64,000 nt of DNA from an uncultured Acidobacteriota bacterium (GTDB lineage: Bacteria; Acidobacteriota; Thermoanaerobaculia; Multivoradales; UBA5704), in the NCBI GenBank assembly GCA_963700145.1, contig OY969474.1, positions 3,008,001 through 3,072,000 of the forward strand, written 5' to 3'. Every line of letters starts with the position of its first letter. Position 1 is the stretch's first letter. Below, piece by piece: positions 1 through 9,534 of this stretch. The notes beneath the pieces were generated by a model. That model was not told the origin of the DNA, ran no database searches, and saw only the letters and a list, made by a program, of their open reading frames with translations. The translations under genes were made by a program, and so were the position numbers.

Positions 1-1
1 C

Positions 2-484
2 GGCGAGCAGATCGACAAGATGCCGGACGGGCAGCTGTCGCGCTGGCGCTCGCGCCACGTCGGCTTCGTCTTCCAGCTCTACAACCTGCTGCCGGTCTTG
101 ACCGCCGAGCGCAACGTCGAGCTGCCGCTGCTGCTGACCAAGCTGTCGCGCGCGCAGCGGCGCAAGCACGTCGAGACCGCGCTCGGAGTCGTCGGACTCG
201 CCGACCGCGCCAAGCACTTCCCGCGGCAGCTCTCCGGCGGCCAGGAGCAGCGGGTGGGGATCGCGCGCGCCATCGTCACCGATCCGACGCTCCTGCTCTG
301 CGACGAGCCGACCGGCGACCTCGACCGCAAGAGCGGCGACGAGATCCTCGATCTTCTGCAGGCGCTCAACCGCCAGCAGGGGAAGACGATCGTCATGGTC
401 ACCCACGACCCGCACGCCGCGGCGCGCGCCGGCCGCACCGTCCACCTCGACAAGGGCGTCCTCTCGACGGAGCCGGTGGCCTGA
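2..484 (+). CDS. ABC transporter ATP-binding protein, LolD/MacB type (5'-partial)
   Basis: GFVFQ Q-loop, LSGGQEQRV signature, Walker [18 protein letters not shown]-loop; Walker A lies outside the window. Confidence 0.93.
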   Translation, partial: GEQIDKMPDGQLSRWRSRHVGFVFQLYNLLPVLTAERNVELPLLLTKLSRAQRRKHVETALGVVGLADRAKHFPRQLSGGQEQRVGIARAIVTDPTLLLCDEPTGDLDRKSGDEILDLLQALNRQQGKTIVMVTHDPHAAARAGRTVHLDKGVLSTEPVA

Positions 485-1650
485 TGCGCTACCTACCGAT
501 CCTGCTCGCCAACCTGCGGCGGAAGAAGGTGCGCACCGCCTTCACGCTGCTCTCGATCCTCATCGCCTTCGTCCTCTTCGGCCTGCTGGCGGCGATCCGG
601 CAGGCCTTCAGCTTCGGCGCCGAGCTGGCCGGCGCCGACCGGCTGATCACCACCCACAAGACCTCGATCATCATCTCGCTGCCGAAGAGCTACCAGGACC
701 AGATCGCCCGCGTGCCCGGCGTCACCCTGGCGACGCACGCCGGCTGGTTCGGCGGCGTCTACCAGAACCCCGACCGGCGCTTCCAGAACCTCTTCCAGGC
801 GCCGATCGAGCCGGCGGCGTACATGAAGATGTACCCGGAGTTCAAGCTGCCGCCCGAGCAGATGGCGGCCTGGCTGGCCGACCGGGAAGGGGTGATCGTC
901 GGCCGGAAGACGGCCGAGAACTTCGGCTGGAAGATCGGCGACCGGGTGCCGATCCAGGCCACCATCTGGAGCAAGAAAGATGGCACCAAGCTCTGGGAGT
1001 TCAACATCCGCGGCATCTACGACGGCGAGCAGAAGGGGACCGACACGACGCAGTTCCTCTTCCGCTACGACTACTTCGACGAGGCGCGGCAGTTCGGGCA
1101 GGGAACGGTCGGCTGGTACCTGCTGAAGATCGCCGACCCCGAGAAGGCGCCGGCCATCGCCCGCGCCATCGACGACCAGTTCGCCAACTCGCCCTACGAG
1201 ACCAAGACGACGACCGAGAAGGCGCTCATCCAGGGCTGGGCCGACCAGGTCGGAGACATCGGCGCAATCATCACCGCGATCGTCTCCGTCGTCTTCTTCA
1301 TCCTCCTGCTGGTGGCCGGCAACACGATGGCGCAGGCGGTGCGCGAGCGCACCTCGGAGCTGGCGGTGCTGAAGACCCTCGGCTTCACCAACCGGAAGGT
1401 GATGGGGATGGTGCTCGCCGAGTCCCTCCTCCTGGCGGTCCTCGGCGGCGGGCTGGGGCTGCTGCTGGCGTGGCCGATCGTGACGGTCGTCGGCGGCCTC
1501 CTCAGCACCATGCTCCCGATCTTCTACCTGCCGGCCAAGGGCGTGGCCATGGGCGTGGCGCTGATCCTCGTCCTCGGCCTGGTGACCGGCTTCCTGCCGG
1601 GGCTCCAGGCGATGCGGCTGCGCATCGTCGACGCGCTGCGGCGGGTGTGA
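484..1650 (+). CDS. ABC permease, MacB/FtsX family
   Basis: N-terminal TM, periplasmic domain, ERTSELAVLKTLGF motif, three C-terminal TMs; start overlaps upstream stop. Confidence 0.9.
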   Translation: MRYLPILLANLRRKKVRTAFTLLSILIAFVLFGLLAAIRQAFSFGAELAGADRLITTHKTSIIISLPKSYQDQIARVPGVTLATHAGWFGGVYQNPDRRFQNLFQAPIEPAAYMKMYPEFKLPPEQMAAWLADREGVIVGRKTAENFGWKIGDRVPIQATIWSKKDGTKLWEFNIRGIYDGEQKGTDTTQFLFRYDYFDEARQFGQGTVGWYLLKIADPEKAPAIARAIDDQFANSPYETKTTTEKALIQGWADQVGDIGAIITAIVSVVFFILLLVAGNTMAQAVRERTSELAVLKTLGFTNRKVMGMVLAESLLLAVLGGGLGLLLAWPIVTVVGGLLSTMLPIFYLPAKGVAMGVALILVLGLVTGFLPGLQAMRLRIVDALRRV

Positions 1651-1652
1651 CG

Positions 1653-2861
1653 ATGCACTGGCTCGAGCAGACCTGGGCGGTCATCAAGCTCAACCTCGCC
1701 ACCCTCCGCGAGCGGCGCGGCGGCGCCCTCGCCACGATCTTCGGCGTCGCCGGCGTGGTGCTGGTCTTCGTCGCCGTGCTGTCGATCGGGGAGGGCTTCC
1801 GCCGCACCCTGGCGACCGCCGGCCGGGACGACACCGCCCTCGTCCTCCGCGCCGGCAGCGACAGCGAGATGATGAGCATCCTGGGGCGCGACGACGTGCA
1901 GGTCATCGCCCAGGCGCCGGGCGTCGCGCGCGCCGCCGGGGCCCGCCAGACCGTCGGGGCGGACGCGCCTCTCGCCTCGGCCGAGCTGTTCGTGGTCGTC
2001 GACCTCGCGAAGCGCTCGACCGGCTCCCCGGCCAACGTGCCGCTGCGCGGCGTGCAGCCGGCCGCTTTCGCGGCCCGCGACGACATCGAGATCAGCAAGG
2101 GGCGGATGTTCGCCTGGGGGAAGAACGAGATCATCGTCGGCGACGCCGCCGCCCGCCAGTTCGACGTCGACGTCGGCTCGCGCATGCGCTGGGGGCAGAA
2201 CGAATGGGAGGTGGTCGGGCTGTTCACCGCCGACGGCGCGCTCTGGGAGTCCGAGCTGTGGTGCGACGTCGGCGTCCTCCAGCCCGCCTACCGGCGCGGC
2301 AACAGCTTCCAGTCCATCATCGCCCGGCTGGAGTCGCCGGAGGCCTTCGACCGCTTCAAGGACGCCCTCACCAAGGACCCTCGGCTCGACGTCAAGGTGC
2401 AGCGGCAGAGCGACTTCTACGCCGAGCAGTCCGACGCGATGACGAGCCTCATCCGCATCCTCGGGTTCGCGGTGGCGCTGCTGATGGGCTTCGGCGCGGT
2501 GTTCGGCGCCCTGCTGACGATGTACTCGGCCGTCGCCACGCGCACCCGCGAGATCGGCACCCTGCGGGCGCTCGGCTTCGGCAGCGGTCCGGTCGTGGTC
2601 TCGGTGCTCGTCGAGTCGCTCGTCCTGGCGCTGGTCGGCGGGGCGCTGGGCGCCGCCCTCGCCTACGCCGCGTTCGACGGCTTCCGCACCGCGACGATGA
2701 ATTGGCAGACCTTCAGCCAGGTGGCCTTCGCCTTCCAGGTGACGCCGGCGCTGCTGACCCAGGGGATCTTCTACGCCCTGCTGATGGGGCTCGTCGGCGG
2801 CCTCTTCCCGGCGATCCGCGCCGCGCGGCTGCCGGTGGCGACGGCGCTGCGCGAGCTCTGA
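1653..2861 (+). CDS. ABC permease, MacB/FtsX family
   Basis: ATG 1653 two nt after the previous stop; RTREIGTLRALGF motif and C-terminal TMs. Confidence 0.9.
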   Translation: MHWLEQTWAVIKLNLATLRERRGGALATIFGVAGVVLVFVAVLSIGEGFRRTLATAGRDDTALVLRAGSDSEMMSILGRDDVQVIAQAPGVARAAGARQTVGADAPLASAELFVVVDLAKRSTGSPANVPLRGVQPAAFAARDDIEISKGRMFAWGKNEIIVGDAAARQFDVDVGSRMRWGQNEWEVVGLFTADGALWESELWCDVGVLQPAYRRGNSFQSIIARLESPEAFDRFKDALTKDPRLDVKVQRQSDFYAEQSDAMTSLIRILGFAVALLMGFGAVFGALLTMYSAVATRTREIGTLRALGFGSGPVVVSVLVESLVLALVGGALGAALAYAAFDGFRTATMNWQTFSQVAFAFQVTPALLTQGIFYALLMGLVGGLFPAIRAARLPVATALREL

Positions 2862-2905
2862 ACGAGGGGCGCCGCGCGCCCGAGAGCGAGCTATAGTTGG
2901 CGAAC

Positions 2906-4222
2906 ATGAAGGCCGTGACGGAAGAGAACGCCAGCCCCGGCGCGGAGATCGTGGCGAGCCGCGCCAAGCTCACGCTCGACGACAAGGAGCTCGACCTGCC
3001 GGTCGTGGTCGGGACGGAGGGCGAGGTGGCGGTCGACGTCACCCAGCTCCGCGCCAAGACCGGCGCCATCACCCTCGATCCCGGCTACGGCAACACCGGC
3101 TCCTGCGAGAGCGCCATCACCTTCATCGACGGCGAGCGCGGCATCCTGCGCTACCGCGGCTACCCGATCGAGCAGATGGCGGGGACCGCCGAGTTCGTGG
3201 AGGTCGCCTACCTGCTGATCCGCGGCGAGCTGCCGAGCAAGAGCGAGCTCACGGCCTTCAAGCGGCGGCTGACCTACCACAGCATGCTGCACGAGGACAT
3301 GAAGAAGTTCTTCGAGGGCTACCCGGCGAGCGCGCACCCGATGGCGATGCTCTCGGCGATGGTGGCCTCGCTCTCGGCCTACTACCCGGAGAACGACCGC
3401 GACCTCGAGATGAACATCGTCCGGCTCCTCGCCAAGGTGCCGACGATCGCCGCCTACTCCTACAAGAAGAGCGTCGGCCAGCCGTTCGTCTACCCGCAGA
3501 ACCGGCTCGAGTACCCCGGACGGTTCCTCCACATGCTGTTCTCGGTGCCGGCCGAGGAGTACCGGGTGAACCCCGTGGTGGAGCGGGCGCTCAACCTGCT
3601 CCTCCTCCTCCACGCCGACCACGAGCAGAACTGCAGCACCTCGACGGTGCGCATGGTGGGGAGCAGCCAGGTCAACCTCTTCGCCTCGATCGCCGCCGGC
3701 ATCTGCGCCCTCTGGGGCCCGCTCCACGGCGGCGCCAACCAGGCGGTCATCGAGATGCTCGAGCGCATCCGCCAGGACGGCAGCGACTTCAAGAAGTACG
3801 TCGAGATGGCGAAGCAGAAGGACTCCGGCTTCCGCCTCATGGGCTTCGGCCACCGGGTGTACAAGAACTTCGACCCGCGCGCCAAGATCCTCAAAGAGAC
3901 CGCCGACGAGGTGCTGCGGGAGCTCGGCGTGCAGGACCCGCTCCTCGACATCGCTAAGTCGCTCGAGGAGGTGGCCCTCTCCGACGACTTCTTCATCGAG
4001 CGCAAGCTCTACCCGAACGTCGACTTCTACAGCGGCATCATCTACCGCGCCATGGGTATCCCGACCAACATGTTCACGGTGATGTTCGCGCTCGGGCGCC
4101 TGCCCGGGTGGATCGCCCACTGGCTGGAGATGCGCGCCGATCCCAAGACCCGCATCAACCGCCCGCGCCAGATCTACACCGGCGCCACCGAGCGACGGTA
4201 CGCGCCGCTCGCCGAGCGGTAA
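2906..4222 (+). CDS. gltA: citrate synthase (type II)
   Basis: LRYRGYPI, HADHEQNCST, WGPLHGGAN, MGFGHRVYKNFDPR, YPNVDFYSG motifs; ATG 2906 chosen over TTG 2897. Confidence 0.97.
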   Translation: MKAVTEENASPGAEIVASRAKLTLDDKELDLPVVVGTEGEVAVDVTQLRAKTGAITLDPGYGNTGSCESAITFIDGERGILRYRGYPIEQMAGTAEFVEVAYLLIRGELPSKSELTAFKRRLTYHSMLHEDMKKFFEGYPASAHPMAMLSAMVASLSAYYPENDRDLEMNIVRLLAKVPTIAAYSYKKSVGQPFVYPQNRLEYPGRFLHMLFSVPAEEYRVNPVVERALNLLLLLHADHEQNCSTSTVRMVGSSQVNLFASIAAGICALWGPLHGGANQAVIEMLERIRQDGSDFKKYVEMAKQKDSGFRLMGFGHRVYKNFDPRAKILKETADEVLRELGVQDPLLDIAKSLEEVALSDDFFIERKLYPNVDFYSGIIYRAMGIPTNMFTVMFALGRLPGWIAHWLEMRADPKTRINRPRQIYTGATERRYAPLAER

Positions 4223-4226
4223 ACCT

Positions 4227-4574
4227 CTAGTGCTTCCGGAAACGGTGGAGGCGCGCGTGGGCGCGCGCGCGGAAGCGCTCCACCCGCTGCCAGGCGCGCG
4301 GCCAGCGCACCAGAGCGCGGCGGAGGCCGCGGTAGACCAGCTCGTTGTCGAGCGAGAGGAGGGCGGCGCCCAGGAGGATGGTGAGGACCCCTTGGAGGCC
4401 GGGGAGGACGAGGCCGGCGACGCCGATCAGGATCAGCGCCCAACCGGCGATGAAGATGGCGATCCGCCAACCGAGCGGCAGGGGCGGCAGCGGCTCGCCG
4501 ACGATGCGGATCGTCAGCTGCTCTTCCGGTCCGCAAGTCTCCTCGACCGCGACTTCCGGTTCCCGTCTCTCCAT
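4227..4574 (-). CDS. small membrane protein, PGPGW-like family
   Basis: TM hairpin GWALILIGVAGLVLPGLQGVLTILLG followed by a basic tail. Confidence 0.7.
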   Translation of the reverse strand: MERREPEVAVEETCGPEEQLTIRIVGEPLPPLPLGWRIAIFIAGWALILIGVAGLVLPGLQGVLTILLGAALLSLDNELVYRGLRRALVRWPRAWQRVERFRARAHARLHRFRKH

Positions 4575-4623
4575 GCCTCGATCAAGCTAACACACCGCGT
4601 GCCAACTGCTTGGGCGACGAGCG

Positions 4624-4653
4624 TTGACAAAGAGGACCAGCGCGGTCCAGAAT
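4624..4653 (+). promoter_or_regulatory. sigma70-type promoter of the fur/iron operon
   Basis: TTGACA (4624-4629), 18 nt, CAGAAT (4648-4653), 6 nt before GTG 4660. Confidence 0.6.
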
Positions 4654-4659
4654 TGATTC

Positions 4660-5178
4660 GTGCTTCTTGAGAATTCGTCTCAACAAGTAGATCGGCCCCC
4701 GTTCGAGCCGCGCGAGAAGGAGCAGTTCCTGCGCGCCCTGCGGGCGCGCGGGCAGCGGGTCACGGCCGAGCGCCTCGCCCTCTTCGACGAGGTCTTCACC
4801 CAGCACGGGCACATCGACGCCGACGAGATCCTCTCCGCTCTCCGGGCGGCGGGCGTCGCCATCTCGCGCGCCACCGTCTACCGCAACCTCGACCTCCTGG
4901 TCGCCTGCGGCCTGGCGCGCAAGCAGCGGCTCGGGCGCCGGCGCTACCTCTACGAGCACGTCCACCCCGGCCAGCACCACGACCACCTCGTCTGCACCGG
5001 CTGCGGCCGGGTGGTCGAGTTCGTGAGCCCGGGGATCGCCGCCCTGCAGACCGAGATCTGCCGCGCCCACGGTTTCGTGCCGAGCCGGCACACGCTGCGC
5101 ATCGACGGCATCTGCGTCCGCTGCGCCGAGGCCGAGGCGGCGCCGGGCGCGAGCGCGCCGGAGGCGGCCGGTGTTTGA
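4660..5178 (+). CDS. Fur family transcriptional regulator
   Basis: RVTAER, ISRATVYRNLDLL, HHDHLVCTGCG and C-terminal CVRC motifs. Confidence 0.93.
   Translation: MLLENSSQQVDRPPFEPREKEQFLRALRARGQRVTAERLALFDEVFTQHGHIDADEILSALRAAGVAISRATVYRNLDLLVACGLARKQRLGRRRYLYEHVHPGQHHDHLVCTGCGRVVEFVSPGIAALQTEICRAHGFVPSRHTLRIDGICVRCAEAEAAPGASAPEAAGV
4667..4683. promoter_or_regulatory. Fur-box-like operator
   Basis: AT-rich inverted repeat TTGAGA-ATTCG-TCTCAA resembling the Fur 7-1-7 motif, just downstream of the promoter. Confidence 0.6.
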
Positions 5179-6457
5179 GGCCCTGGTCGTCACCCTCCGC
5201 GAAGGGGTGGAGGCGGCGCTCGTCGTCGGCATCATCGTCGCCTTCCTGCGCAAGGAGGGGGAGGAGCGCTACCTGCCGGCGGTCTGGGGCGGGATCGCCG
5301 CGGCGGTGGCGGGCAGCGTCCTCGGCGCCTGGGCGCTCTACCGCTGGGCGGTCAACGAGGAGGCCTTCGAAGGCGTCCTCTACATGGCCTCGGCGCTCGC
5401 CGTCGGCGGCATGGTGGTCTGGATGTGGCGCCACGGGCGGGAGGTGGCCGGCGAGGTCAGGGGCTCGCTGGGGCGCATCCTCACCCGCCGCGCCGGCGCG
5501 CCGGTCGCCGCCGGCGTCGCCCTCTTCACCTTCCTGATGGTCTTCCGCGAGGGGATCGAGACCGTCCTCTTCCTCTCCGCCCTCTCGCTCACCACGCGCG
5601 GCCTGCTGGCGGCGCTCGGCGCCGCCCTCGGGCTCGCCGCGGCGGTCGTCTTCGGCGTCCTCTTCGTGCGCGGCAGCCTGCGCATCGACCTCGCCCGCTT
5701 CTTCAAGATCACCGGCATCGCCCTCGCCGTCTTCGTGCTGCAGCTCCTGGTCAACGGCTACCACGAGCTGTCCGAGGCCGGCTGGCTCCCCGCCAACGAG
5801 ACGACGATGGCGGCGGTCGGGCCGCTGGTGCGGAACGAGTTCTTCTTCCTCCTGGCCGTCCTGCTGCTGCCGCTCCTCATGCTCCTGGTGCCGGGCCGCG
5901 AGGCGGGGCCGGCGGAGACGCCGCACGCCGCGGCGGCCCGCCTGGCGCGCGCCGCCGAGCGGCGCCAGCGCCGGGCGCGGTTCCTGGGCGGCGCGCTCGG
6001 CGTCGTCATCCTCTTGACCCTGGGCGCCGGGCTGGTCTACGGGCGGGCGCCGCTCGAGCTGTCGCCGGCGGCGCCGGTGGCGCCGGGTGCGGACGGCGCG
6101 GTGCGCATCCCGCTCGCCGGGCTCGCCGAGGGGCAGCTCGCCCGCTTCAGCGTCGCGCTCCCCGGCGGCGCCGTCCGCTTCGTCGCCATCCGCCTGGACG
6201 AGCGCGAGGTCGCGACCGCCTTCGACGCCTGCCTGATCTGCGGCCCGCGCGGCTACGTGCAGGAAGGGGTGGACGTCTCCTGCCTCCACTGCGGCTCGGC
6301 GATCTACCCGCCGTCGATCGGCCAGCCCGGCGGCTGCAACCCGGTGCCGTTGCGCGCGCGGGTCGAAGGCGACGAGCTGGTGCTCGCCGCGGCCGACCTG
6401 GCGCAGGGCGCGAAGCTCTTCGCGCCGGCGGCCGCGCACGGCGGCCACGCAGGGTAG
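5171..6457 (+). CDS. FTR1 iron permease fused to a DUF2318-like Cys-rich domain
   Basis: Two RExxE motifs (REGVEA, REGIET), seven-TM core; C-terminal DACLICG, CLHCG and GGCNPVPL. Confidence 0.88.
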   Translation: MFEALVVTLREGVEAALVVGIIVAFLRKEGEERYLPAVWGGIAAAVAGSVLGAWALYRWAVNEEAFEGVLYMASALAVGGMVVWMWRHGREVAGEVRGSLGRILTRRAGAPVAAGVALFTFLMVFREGIETVLFLSALSLTTRGLLAALGAALGLAAAVVFGVLFVRGSLRIDLARFFKITGIALAVFVLQLLVNGYHELSEAGWLPANETTMAAVGPLVRNEFFFLLAVLLLPLLMLLVPGREAGPAETPHAAAARLARAAERRQRRARFLGGALGVVILLTLGAGLVYGRAPLELSPAAPVAPGADGAVRIPLAGLAEGQLARFSVALPGGAVRFVAIRLDEREVATAFDACLICGPRGYVQEGVDVSCLHCGSAIYPPSIGQPGGCNPVPLRARVEGDELVLAAADLAQGAKLFAPAAAHGGHAG

Positions 6458-6464
6458 GCGCCCG

Positions 6465-7700
6465 GTGCTCGCCCGCCTCCTCGCCGAGTCGCTCCGCCGC
6501 GGCACCCGCCGCAAGCTCCTGGCGCTCTCCGCCGTCGCCCTCGGCACGCTCGGCGCCACGGCGATGACCGAGGTGCTCCTTGCCTCCGGCGACCGCCTCG
6601 CCGCCGACCTCGGCTCGTACGGGGCCAACCTGACGATCGCGCCGCGCGACGGCGAGACGCTGGCCGCCGCCGACCTCGCCGCCGTGCGCCGCATCTTCTG
6701 GCGCAACAACGTCGTGGCCCTGGCGCCGCTCTACCCGCTGCGCGCACGGCTCGCGGTGGGCACCGGGGGCGCGCCGGAGGATGGCCTCGTCGCTCCGCTC
6801 GTCGGCACCTGGTTCGACCACCCGCTCGAGCCGGGCTGGCGCACCGGGCTGCCGCGCACCCGCCCCACCTTCGCGCTCACCGGCCGCTGGCCGCGCGACG
6901 GCGCGCCGGAGGCCGCCCTCGGACGCCGCCTCGCGGCGCGGCTCGGCGCCGGCGCGGGCGACGAGGTCGCGGCGTCGCTCGGCCGAGAGACGCTCCGCTT
7001 CCGGGTCACCGGCATCCTCACCTCCGGCGGCGAGGAGGACGAGCAGGCGTTCGTGCCGCTCGCCGCCGTGCAGGCGCTGGCCGGCCGCCCCGGACGCACC
7101 CGCCGCGCCGAGCTCTTCGCCCTCACCACGCCGGAGCCGGCCGGACGCCGCAAGCCGCCGTCGGCGATGACGCCGGAGGAGTACGACGCCTGGTACTGCA
7201 CCGCCTACCCGTCCTCGGTCGCCTTCCAGATCGAGGAGGCGCTGCCGGGCGCGCGCGTCGAGCTGGTGCGCGGCGTCACCGCCGCCACCGCCGAGGTGCT
7301 GGGGCGGCTGCGCGCCGTGCTCGTGGCGCTCGCCGCGGTGGCGCTGGCCGGCGCCGCGCTCGGCGTCACCGCGGCGATGACCGCGACCGTCCTCGAGCGG
7401 CGGCTCGAGGCCGGCCTGCTGGTCGCGCTCGGCACGCCGCGCGGCCGGGTGGCCGGCTTCTTCCTCCTCGAGGCCGCGCTCCTCGGGCTCGCCGGCGGCC
7501 TCGCCGGCGGTGCCCTCGGCCTGCCGGCCGGACGCCTCCTCGGCGAGCTCGCGCTCGGCGTCGCCGTCCCGGTGGCGCCGGTCCTGGTCCCCTTCTCCGC
7601 CGCCCTCGGGCTCCTCCTCGCCGGGCTGGCGAGCCTGCCGCCGGTGCTGCGGGCGCTCCGCCGCCACCCGGCGTCGCTCCTGGCGAGGGCCGCCGCCTGA
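6465..7700 (+). CDS. MacB/FtsX-type ABC permease of the iron cluster
   Basis: YGANL, FWRNNV, YDAWYCTAY motifs, ERRLEAGLLVALG, C-terminal TMs. Confidence 0.85.
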   Translation: MLARLLAESLRRGTRRKLLALSAVALGTLGATAMTEVLLASGDRLAADLGSYGANLTIAPRDGETLAAADLAAVRRIFWRNNVVALAPLYPLRARLAVGTGGAPEDGLVAPLVGTWFDHPLEPGWRTGLPRTRPTFALTGRWPRDGAPEAALGRRLAARLGAGAGDEVAASLGRETLRFRVTGILTSGGEEDEQAFVPLAAVQALAGRPGRTRRAELFALTTPEPAGRRKPPSAMTPEEYDAWYCTAYPSSVAFQIEEALPGARVELVRGVTAATAEVLGRLRAVLVALAAVALAGAALGVTAAMTATVLERRLEAGLLVALGTPRGRVAGFFLLEAALLGLAGGLAGGALGLPAGRLLGELALGVAVPVAPVLVPFSAALGLLLAGLASLPPVLRALRRHPASLLARAAA

Positions 7701-8521
7701 TGCTCCTCCGCGTCCTCTGGGGGAGCTTGCGCCGCCGCTCCCGCCAGCTCGCGCTGATCGCCGCCGCTGTGGCTGTGGCCGCCGCGACGGTGGCGACCCT
7801 CGCCGGCTTCTCGGTGCGGGTGCGCGACCGGCTCGCCGAGGACCTGGCGCCTTTCGGCCCCAACCTCGTCGTGCGCCCTGAGGTCGGCGGCCCGGCCCAT
7901 CTGCCGGTCGAAGAGCTGGCGGCCGTGGAGCGGCTTCCGGGCGTTGCCTGGGCGCGCGGCGTCGCCCTGGCCGGCGGACCGGGCGGCCCGGCCCTCGAGC
8001 GCATCGAGGTGCGCACCGTGCCGGCGCGGTTGGGCGAGGTGGCGCGCGCCGTCGAGGCGCAGGTCGCCGGCGCCGAGGCACGGCCGCTCCGGCGCGTCGC
8101 CGAGAGCGACGCCCTCCTCGGCCGCCGCGTGGCGCTCCTCCTCGCCGCGGTCTGCGGCGTGGCGCTCCTCTCGGCGCTCCTCGCCGTCGCCGCGGCGGCG
8201 ACCGCCCTCCTCGGCGAGCGGCGGCGCGAGGTCGGCCTCCTCTTCGCCTTGGGCTACGAGACGCGGCGCGTCGCCGCCCTCTTCGCCGGCGAGCTGCTCG
8301 CCGCGGCGCTTGTCGCCGCGCTCCTCGGCGCCCTCCTCGGCGAGGCCGCCGCGGCCGGGCTCGCCGCGCGCCTGCTGGGCGCGCCCGCCGCGCACTCCCC
8401 CACCGCCGCCGGCCTCACGGCCGCCGCGGCGACCGCCGTCCTCGTCGTCGGCGGCGCGCTCGCCGTGGCGCTCCGCCGCCTGGCGCGCACCGACACCGCC
8501 CGGGTGCTCCAGGGTCTCTGA
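7700..8521 (+). CDS. MacB/FtsX-type ABC permease with short periplasmic domain
   Basis: FGPNLVV, ERRREVGLLFALGY, TMs; coupled to the upstream stop. Confidence 0.8.
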   Translation: MLLRVLWGSLRRRSRQLALIAAAVAVAAATVATLAGFSVRVRDRLAEDLAPFGPNLVVRPEVGGPAHLPVEELAAVERLPGVAWARGVALAGGPGGPALERIEVRTVPARLGEVARAVEAQVAGAEARPLRRVAESDALLGRRVALLLAAVCGVALLSALLAVAAAATALLGERRREVGLLFALGYETRRVAALFAGELLAAALVAALLGALLGEAAAAGLAARLLGAPAAHSPTAAGLTAAAATAVLVVGGALAVALRRLARTDTARVLQGL

Positions 8522-8523
8522 TC

Positions 8524-9534
8524 GTGCAGCCTCTCGTCGAGGTCCGCGGCCTAGTCCGCCGCTTCGGTCCCGTCGCGGCGCTCGACGGCCTTACCTTCGC
8601 CCTCGCCGAGGGGGAGTGGGTGGCGGTCACCGGCCCCTCCGGCTCCGGCAAGACGACGCTCCTGAACGTCCTCGCCGGGCTCGACCGCCCGACCGCCGGC
8701 GAGGTGCGCGTCGCCGGCACCGATCTCGCCGGCCTCGCGCCGCGCGCCCTCGCCGCCTACCGCCGGCGCAGCGTCGGGCTCGTCTTCCAGCAGTTCCACC
8801 TGATGCCGTACCTGACGGCGCTCGAGAACGTGATGCTGGCGCAGTACGTCCACAGCATGACCGACCGCGCCGAGGCCGCCGAGGCGCTCGCCCGCGTCGG
8901 GCTCGCCGACCGCCTCCACCACCTGCCGGCGCAGCTCTCCGGCGGCGAGCAGCAGCGCGTCTGCCTGGCGCGCGCGCTGATCAACCACCCGCCGCTGGTC
9001 CTCGCCGACGAGCCGACCGGCAACCTCGACGCCGCCAACCAGGCAGTGGTGATGGCGCTCCTCGCCGACCTCCACCGGCGCGGCCACACGGTGGTGCTCG
9101 TCACCCACGACCCGGCGCTCGCCGCCCGCGCCGATCGCGAGCTGCGGCTGGAGCACGGCCGCTTCGCGCCGCCGCCGCACGGCGAGGCGGCGCCCGACCG
9201 CCTCCTCGCCGACCTCTGGCACGCGCTGGAGGAGGAGGGCGCGCGGGTGTCGACGACGCGCGCCGGGGTGCCGGAGCTGCTGGCCGAAGGGTTCCTCGGC
9301 GCCGAGACCGGGGCCGGCGTGGCGTTCACGCCGGCTGGGCGCCAGGCGGCCCTTGCCGCCGTGCGGCGGGTGCGGCTGGCCGAAGCCCTCCTCGCCCGCA
9401 CGCTCGGCCGCTGCACGACCGAGTGCGGCCGCGAGACGCCGCTCGCCCCCGGCTGGGAGGAGCAGGTGGCGGAGTTCCTGGGCCGGCCGGAGCTCTGCCC
9501 GCACGGGCGGCCGATCGGCGAGGTGGCCGGGTGA
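8524..9534 (+). CDS. ABC ATPase with C-terminal DtxR/MntR-like metal-binding/dimerisation domain
   Basis: [26 protein letters not shown]; tail FTPAGRQAA...RRVRLAEALL...LGRPELCPHGRPI. Confidence 0.85.
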   Translation: MQPLVEVRGLVRRFGPVAALDGLTFALAEGEWVAVTGPSGSGKTTLLNVLAGLDRPTAGEVRVAGTDLAGLAPRALAAYRRRSVGLVFQQFHLMPYLTALENVMLAQYVHSMTDRAEAAEALARVGLADRLHHLPAQLSGGEQQRVCLARALINHPPLVLADEPTGNLDAANQAVVMALLADLHRRGHTVVLVTHDPALAARADRELRLEHGRFAPPPHGEAAPDRLLADLWHALEEEGARVSTTRAGVPELLAEGFLGAETGAGVAFTPAGRQAALAAVRRVRLAEALLARTLGRCTTECGRETPLAPGWEEQVAEFLGRPELCPHGRPIGEVAG

